Positions 58,502 to 64,000 of a stretch of DNA of 64,000 nt are shown one piece after another. The translations under genes were made by a program, and so were the position numbers. The notes beneath the pieces were generated by a model that searched no databases, was not told the DNA's origin, and saw nothing but the letters and a program-made list of their open reading frames with translations. Each line of letters opens with the position of its first letter. The first letter of the stretch is position 1. Source of the stretch: an uncultured Collinsella sp. (GTDB lineage Bacteria > Actinomycetota > Coriobacteriia > Coriobacteriales > Coriobacteriaceae); NCBI GenBank assembly GCA_958427035.1, contig CAUAAR010000006.1:6873-70872 (forward strand), read 5' to 3'.

Positions 58502-58684
58502 TTCGTGTGCGCGAGGCTGTCGGCTTTCTGGGCCACAGCAATCACCTTCCCCCTAGCATGATGACCTGAACAATCCTCATGCTAGGGGGAAGGTTTTTGT
58601 CGCGTAGCGGAAATTGGCCTCCACCCGCTGAGCGGGTGGCTTTCTATGCCGCGCGTGCCGTGCGGCACGGACTAAAGTCCATGA

Positions 58685-58745
58685 ATAAAAACGAGGGAGG
58701 CCGTTTCCGACCTCCCTCGCAAAGGGTCTCTGATTACTCCCACTC
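58685..58745 (-). other. orphan GAG TGG GAG TAA (guaA-like 3' end) plus terminator; possible att relic
   Basis: TTACTCCCACTC at 58734-58745, followed on the minus strand by a hairpin and T-tract. Confidence 0.5.
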
Positions 58746-58860
58746 ATTGGGGACAGACTTAAATGAGTGCTCTTGTTTGGGACGTTCTTAAACGACTAGC
58801 CTATGGGGACAGTCTTTTGATCAATATATTTGGCCATCTGGGATGGGCTTCAACGAAAGC

Positions 58861-58941
58861 GGCACTTAGGGACTTTCCCTAGGTGCCGGCACATAGGGAC
58901 GTTCCCCAGGTGCCGGCAGTTTGGGACGGTCCTTTGATGTC
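58861..58941. repeat. three tandem 27-bp palindromic units
   Basis: GGCACTTAGGGACTTTCCCTAGGTGCC, GGCACATAGGGACGTTCCCCAGGTGCC and a degenerate third unit. Confidence 0.7.
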
Positions 58942-59209
58942 TGATGCCCCCAGAGGGGTGAAGTAATACAGCCTGCTCTGTCTTTTAGGGCTTTGCTGTT
59001 CTGCCCCTTTATGTTTCGCAAGGACTGTCGCACGCGCATTTATGCGCATATCATTGCGCGATAATGCGTGTAATGGCGCAAACATGTGCAAACTATGGCT
59101 AAATAGTGACTGAAAAGCAAATAGACACGCAAATACGAGCAAATACGCGCGTATTTGTGCGAATATAAGGCTGTTGGAAATGAAGAACTTTCGATGACTC
59201 AGGAGGCAC

Positions 59210-60292
59210 ATGATGGCAGATTCCAAACAGGTTCCACTCGACTCCGCGGCAGCAGCAAAGGCAGCGTTCGCTTCGGTTCAGGACAAGCCGTTCCCTAACG
59301 ACATCTTTACGGCACCCGAGCTCCGCTGGGCTGTGATCGGGTGCGGCGTTATCGCCAACCAGATGGCCCAGTCCCTCGCTCTGGCCGGCCGCAAGCTCGC
59401 GGGTGTCGCCAACCGTACGCTGTCCAAGGCCCAGGCTTTTGCCGAGCAGTATGGCGTCGAGAAGGTGTACGAGACGGTTGAGGACCTCTACGCCGATCCG
59501 GACATCGACGCCGTCTATATCACCACGCCGCACAACACGCATATCACCTATCTGCGTGCCGCGCTCGCCGCCAGCAAGCACGTGCTCTGTGAGAAGGCCA
59601 TTACCCTTAACTCTGCCGAGCTCGACGAGGCCCGTGCCATCGCCGACGAGCACAAAGTGGTCCTTATGGACGCCACCACGGTTCTCCACATGCCGCTGTA
59701 TCAAGAGCTGCGACGCCGCATGGATGCCGGCGAGTTTGGCCACATGAACCTCGCTCAGCTCAACTTTGGCAGCTACAAGGAGTACGGCGATCTGACCAAT
59801 CGCTTCTACAATCGCAACCTTGCCGGCGGCGCCATGCTCGACATTGGCGTGTATGCGCTCTCCGTCATGCGCCTGTTTATGGCCAGCCAACCCGCTGAGG
59901 TCGTGTCTCTGGGCAATACCTGCGAGACTGGCGTTGACGTCGCGGGTGGCATTGTCTGCCGCAACGCCGAACAGCAGCTGGGCGTCGTGAGCCTTACGCT
60001 CCACTCCAAGCAGCCCAAGCGCTCGGTCATCAGCTTCGACAAGTGCTATATCGAGGTCAACGAGTATCCGCGTGCCGACCATGCGACCATCGTGTGGACT
60101 GCGGACGGTCACCGTGAGGAGGTCCACGCTGGCACCGAAGCCTACGCACTGTGCTACGAGATGGCCGACCTGGAGAAGGCCGTTGCCGGCGATGATTCGA
60201 AGCGCGAGCTTCTGGGCTATGCTTCTGATGTTATGGAGCTGATGACCAAGCTACGCGCCGACTGGGGAGTCGTGTACCCCGAGGAGGAGTAA
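59210..60292 (+). CDS. Gfo/Idh/MocA-family oxidoreductase
   Basis: IGCGVIA, HVLCEK, GGAMLDIGVY. Confidence 0.93.
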   Translation: MMADSKQVPLDSAAAAKAAFASVQDKPFPNDIFTAPELRWAVIGCGVIANQMAQSLALAGRKLAGVANRTLSKAQAFAEQYGVEKVYETVEDLYADPDIDAVYITTPHNTHITYLRAALAASKHVLCEKAITLNSAELDEARAIADEHKVVLMDATTVLHMPLYQELRRRMDAGEFGHMNLAQLNFGSYKEYGDLTNRFYNRNLAGGAMLDIGVYALSVMRLFMASQPAEVVSLGNTCETGVDVAGGIVCRNAEQQLGVVSLTLHSKQPKRSVISFDKCYIEVNEYPRADHATIVWTADGHREEVHAGTEAYALCYEMADLEKAVAGDDSKRELLGYASDVMELMTKLRADWGVVYPEEE

Positions 60293-60295
60293 GCG

Positions 60296-61042
60296 ATGCT
60301 TGCGGAAGATAGACTCAACGCAATCGTGTCGATGGTGCAGCAGGCCGGCTCGGTTACCGTGCCGGAGCTTGCTGAGGCCCTGGGCGTGACGGCGTCTACC
60401 ATTCGGCGCGACCTGCAGACGCTCGACCGCGCACACCGTATCGCCAAGGTACACGGAGGCGCGACGAGTCTGGAGCGCGCGCACGTGACGCGCGACCTGA
60501 CGATCAACGAGCGCAGCGATCTCCATAACGATGACAAGGAGCGCATCTGCGCCCGTGCCGCGGCCCTGGTGGAGCCCGATAGCTTTGTGTATATCGATTC
60601 GGGCTCCACGACCCTCAAGCTCATCGAGCATCTTCCGCGCCTTGAGGGCGTCACCTATGTGACTGATTCCGTGCTCCATGCTCAGCACCTCGCTCTGCGC
60701 GGCATGCGCACCGTTGTGCTGGGCGGCGAGCTCAAGCCCGAGACCGAGGCGCTCGTCGGCCCCGATGCCTTGGCAACTCTGGACCGCTATAACTTCAACT
60801 GCGGCTTTTGGGGTTCCAATGGCATCGCCGCCGAGCAAGGTCTCACCACACCGGATATCGAGGAAGCGCAGGTCAAGCGTGTCTCGATGCGCCATACCGC
60901 CAAACGCTTCGTAATCTCGGACGCCAGCAAATTTGGCATGGTGGCGCCCGTCAAGTTCGCGGACTTTCGTGATGCAACGATCATCACTGCGGGCGAGGTT
61001 CCCGCCAAGTACCAGTCGATGGACAACGTTATCACGGTCTAG
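60296..61042 (+). CDS. DeoR/GlpR-family transcriptional regulator
   Basis: STIRRDL, KVHGGA, IDSGSTT. Confidence 0.94.
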   Translation: MLAEDRLNAIVSMVQQAGSVTVPELAEALGVTASTIRRDLQTLDRAHRIAKVHGGATSLERAHVTRDLTINERSDLHNDDKERICARAAALVEPDSFVYIDSGSTTLKLIEHLPRLEGVTYVTDSVLHAQHLALRGMRTVVLGGELKPETEALVGPDALATLDRYNFNCGFWGSNGIAAEQGLTTPDIEEAQVKRVSMRHTAKRFVISDASKFGMVAPVKFADFRDATIITAGEVPAKYQSMDNVITV

Positions 61043-61056
61043 CGATGGGACGAGGC

Positions 61057-61385
61057 CAAAACCACCACAAAGGTGCCTGTCCCCATTGTGGTGGTTAGCA
61101 ACGAAAACCGAATAGTTTTCTCAATAGAAAAGCGGCAACGTCCATTACGGGCGTTGCCGCTTTCGTTGTCTACCGGTTTGTCTAAGTCTGTAACAACTAG
61201 ACCGTTAAAAGTGGGCCAGGTGTTACAGATTGAGATTTTCCCTTAAGGGGGATTCGAATGTCTCGATCTGTAACAGATAGACCGGAAAATGGGTTCCAGC
61301 TGTTACAGATCGAGACGTTTTGGGACCGCGGCTGAGCCATTGCGGCAAAACCACCACAAAGGTGCCTGTCCCCATTGTGGTGGTT
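61057..61385. repeat. composite repeat: two identical 40-nt hairpins enclosing a terminator and two 57-nt palindromes
   Basis: CAAAACCACCACAAAGGTGCCTGTCCCCATTGTGGTGGTT at 61057 and 61346; TCTGTAACA..TGTTACAGA units at 61180 and 61260. Confidence 0.85.
61128..61164. terminator. bidirectional terminator
   Basis: AAAAGCGGCAACG..CGTTGCCGCTTT. Confidence 0.8.
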
Positions 61386-62044
61386 TAGGGCTTCCAGGGG
61401 CAGGGGGCTTCGATGTGGATGTGCTCGCCGGTTACGGGATGCGTGAAGGACACGCTGTGGGCGTGGAGCATCAGGCCGCAGGGACGTGGCGTGCCGTACA
61501 GGTCGTCGCCAACCAGTGGGTGGCGCTCGCTGGCCAGATGCACACGGATTTGGTGCTTGCGGCCGGTGAGCAGCTCGACATCGATATACGAGCGCGTGGG
61601 CAGGCCACGACGGCTCTTAAGACGCTTGAGCACCTTCACGCGCGTTTGAGACGGCTTGCCGCTGGCGCCGACGCGCATCTTTCGGCTGTCGTGGCGGTCG
61701 CGGGCGATGGGCTTGTCGATGAGCTTTTCGTTCCAGTCGATCTTGCCCTCGGCGAGCGCCAGGTAGTGCTTTTCGAAAGCGTGGTCGATCACCATCTGGT
61801 CAAAGGCAGGCTGCGTCTGCTTGTCGAGCGAGAACAGCACCACGCCGGTGGTGTCGCGGTCCAGGCGGTTGAGCGGCTGCATGTCGGTTGCGGCAAAGCC
61901 GTCGCCCATCGCCAGCAGCAGGTCGCTGGCGTAGTCGGTGAGCGTGCGCTCGCCGGTGCCGTCGCCGTGGACGATCATGCCGGCGGGCTTGTCGATGGCC
62001 ATGAGCCAAGCGTCGCAGTAGAGGACTTGAGGTTCTTCGTTCAC
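61385..62044 (-). CDS. RluA-family pseudouridine synthase
   Basis: KPAG, NRLDRDTTG, TGRKHQIRVH, GDDLYG. Confidence 0.93.
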   Translation of the reverse strand: MNEEPQVLYCDAWLMAIDKPAGMIVHGDGTGERTLTDYASDLLLAMGDGFAATDMQPLNRLDRDTTGVVLFSLDKQTQPAFDQMVIDHAFEKHYLALAEGKIDWNEKLIDKPIARDRHDSRKMRVGASGKPSQTRVKVLKRLKSRRGLPTRSYIDVELLTGRKHQIRVHLASERHPLVGDDLYGTPRPCGLMLHAHSVSFTHPVTGEHIHIEAPCPWKP

Positions 62045-62059
62045 GTGTAAGCCTTTCGG

Positions 62060-64000
62060 TTAGCTAATTCCCACAAACATGCAGCCCGAGGTCGCCCCGC
62101 GTAGGCGGGCGGCGGGCTTGCGGCCGGCCTGCGCTGCTTCGACGGCACGACGGACGCGGGCGACGGCACGGCCCACCTCATCCGTCTCGAGCAGCGTTCC
62201 ATCCACCATGAGGCGACGCACGCCGGCATCGAGCAGCTGAGGAACCTGCGGCGTGAGGTCGATGGGGTAGGCATCGTACAGGCGTGAGCGGCCGTGGATG
62301 TCGGTACGCACCGGCATGACCTTGCCGTCGATATTCTTGAGCGACAGCTTGCGGGCGCGCAGACGGCAGTTGGCACAATCGTGGATGCAGCCATTGGCCA
62401 CCTGCAGGATGCAGTGCTCGCTCGTCATAACGCGCGGGCGGCCGAAAACGGTGATACCCAGGGCTGCGGGCGCGGAGGTACCAAGCGAGATAATCTCGTC
62501 GAGCGTGATCTCGGGCGAGAGCCAAAGCGCACCGGCTCCGCGCTCGGCAAGTGCCTCCATGCAAGGCGTGTTATGTACGGGCAGGCAGGATCGAATCTCG
62601 GCCGTGGCACCAACTTGGGCGGCCAGGGCAAGCTCGGAGATATTGCCGACGGCGACGGTGGCCCCAGCATTGATCCAGGGATCGACGCGTACGTGGTCAA
62701 CGGCGCGGCAGACCTCGTCGAGCACGGGTACGATGCCCTGCTCAAATGCATCGGCGGGGGAGAGCTCGGCCGCATCGAGTGCGTCGGTGGTCATGTAGAT
62801 GCGCGTTACACCCTCGGCGCGAGCGGCCTCGGCGGCCTCGAGCGAGGTGACGGTGGCGCAGATCTGCGGCTCATCGCGGTAGTGCTCGGGCGCGGGGCGG
62901 GAATCACTGGTTACAATCGCCGGCAGCTCGAGCGTTTTCGCGCGCTCCTCGTACGGTGCCAGAATGGCCTCTTCCAGCGCCTTACAAGCGGCGGCGCGCA
63001 CCTTGTGCACGGCGGAAAAGCCCATACCGCAGCCGGCGTCGAGCGAAACGTCAAAGCTTGCGGCCTCAAAGGGAGAGGAGCCCATGCGCCCGACGTGCTC
63101 AACCAGATCGGATGCCTCGACGGCGCGGGTCTTGGCAGCCTCGACGGTAAAGCCCGTGGCCGTGGCCGTAAGCGAAGGATCGTCGCAACAGGTGAGCGTA
63201 ACGGCAAACGGCTCGCCCAGACGCGCCACAACGGACACGTCTACGGCGCGGCGGCGCAGCACATCGCGCTTGAGTGCGGCGCCGGCGGCGTCAATGGCGC
63301 GCTGGCTTCGAATCACGCGCACGCGGCAGCCCTCGGGCATGCTACGGGGCACGCGACACTCGATAACATCGCCGGCAGCGGCATCATCGGCGGCAATGGT
63401 GGTCAGGAACTGGTCAAACTCGTTATCGTGGCGAAGCTCCAGCAGGTCGCCCTTGCCCACGGGCTCAAGCAGCTCAATGCGGGCGATGGCGGCGCGGCGA
63501 CGGCGATCGTCGGGCTTGAGGCCGCGCACATCGCGGTTGGCCAGACGGCTGCCCAGCACCGTGCCCACAATCTGGCCGCGGTTGTTGGAGCGCTCGTAGC
63601 TCATCATCTCGTCGCCCGAGGTGCCATCCTGGTAGGCGTGCGTAAAGTCGCGATTAAAGCAGCGCTTGAGCTGGCGCTGGCGGGCTGCATCCTCATCCTT
63701 GGAGGTCGAAACATCGGCCAGCATGTCATCAATCTGATGACGGTACACGTCGACGATGGAATACACGTAATCGGGGGCCTTCATGCGGCCCTCGAGCTTG
63801 AGCGATGCGGCGCCGGCGTCATACAGACGGCGAACAAGCTGTGAGGTGTTGGTGTCACGCGGGCATAGCGCGCGCTCGCGGCCGGCAGGGGAGAGCGAGC
63901 GGCCGTTCTCGTCGATCAGCTCGTAAGGCAGACGACAGGGCTGAGCGCACATGCCGCGGTTGGCCGAGCGGCCCGCCATGGCAAAGCTCGACAGCAGGCA
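62060..64000 (-). CDS. peptidase U32-family protein, long form (RlhA-like); 5' end lies outside the window
   Basis: CLLSS..GRSANRGMCAQPCR, SLKLEGRMK, FNRDFT. Confidence 0.88.
   Translation of the reverse strand, partial: CLLSSFAMAGRSANRGMCAQPCRLPYELIDENGRSLSPAGRERALCPRDTNTSQLVRRLYDAGAASLKLEGRMKAPDYVYSIVDVYRHQIDDMLADVSTSKDEDAARQRQLKRCFNRDFTHAYQDGTSGDEMMSYERSNNRGQIVGTVLGSRLANRDVRGLKPDDRRRRAAIARIELLEPVGKGDLLELRHDNEFDQFLTTIAADDAAAGDVIECRVPRSMPEGCRVRVIRSQRAIDAAGAALKRDVLRRRAVDVSVVARLGEPFAVTLTCCDDPSLTATATGFTVEAAKTRAVEASDLVEHVGRMGSSPFEAASFDVSLDAGCGMGFSAVHKVRAAACKALEEAILAPYEERAKTLELPAIVTSDSRPAPEHYRDEPQICATVTSLEAAEAARAEGVTRIYMTTDALDAAELSPADAFEQGIVPVLDEVCRAVDHVRVDPWINAGATVAVGNISELALAAQVGATAEIRSCLPVHNTPCMEALAERGAGALWLSPEITLDEIISLGTSAPAALGITVFGRPRVMTSEHCILQVANGCIHDCANCRLRARKLSLKNIDGKVMPVRTDIHGRSRLYDAYPIDLTPQVPQLLDAGVRRLMVDGTLLETDEVGRAVARVRRAVEAAQAGRKPAARLRGATSGCMFVGIS

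Noticed and set aside
58861..61385. CRISPR interpretation of the repeats at 58.9 kb and 61.1-61.4 kb
   Set aside because: Only 2-3 units each, no regular repeat-spacer pattern, no cas genes

Overview
High-GC bacterial chromosome segment; protein style suggests Coriobacteriia, Collinsella-like (inference). It holds a fragmented ribosomal/RNAP core: rplJL, galU, rpoBC, then rpsL-rpsG-fusA-rpsJ with no tuf, and rplC..rplX 14 kb later. These blocks are separated by accessory DNA: an ECF sigma/anti-sigma cassette, a Firmicutes-order birA/fab/acc cluster, and an island after rplX encoding a LevR-like regulator, a mannose-family PTS, a GH172 (DUF2961) hydrolase and a ROK fructokinase. Also present: partial asnS, an intact IS3-family element, fused feoAB, MFS, GH13, CDF, Gfo/DeoR, RluA and a partial U32 gene. 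Strongest leads: (1) a PTS-coupled GH172 fructoside pathway; (2) four long intergenic hairpins with an invariant CAC-TTAAT-GTG tip and unrelated but self-complementary arms, which sit at operon breakpoints, bracket the ECF cassette, and in two cases adjoin genes with a local G-to-A synonymous shift; (3) an unusual RNA polymerase with an alphaCTD-like domain on beta', altered bridge helix and trigger loop, and a lengthened fork loop 2. All calls were made by eye; no database search was run.
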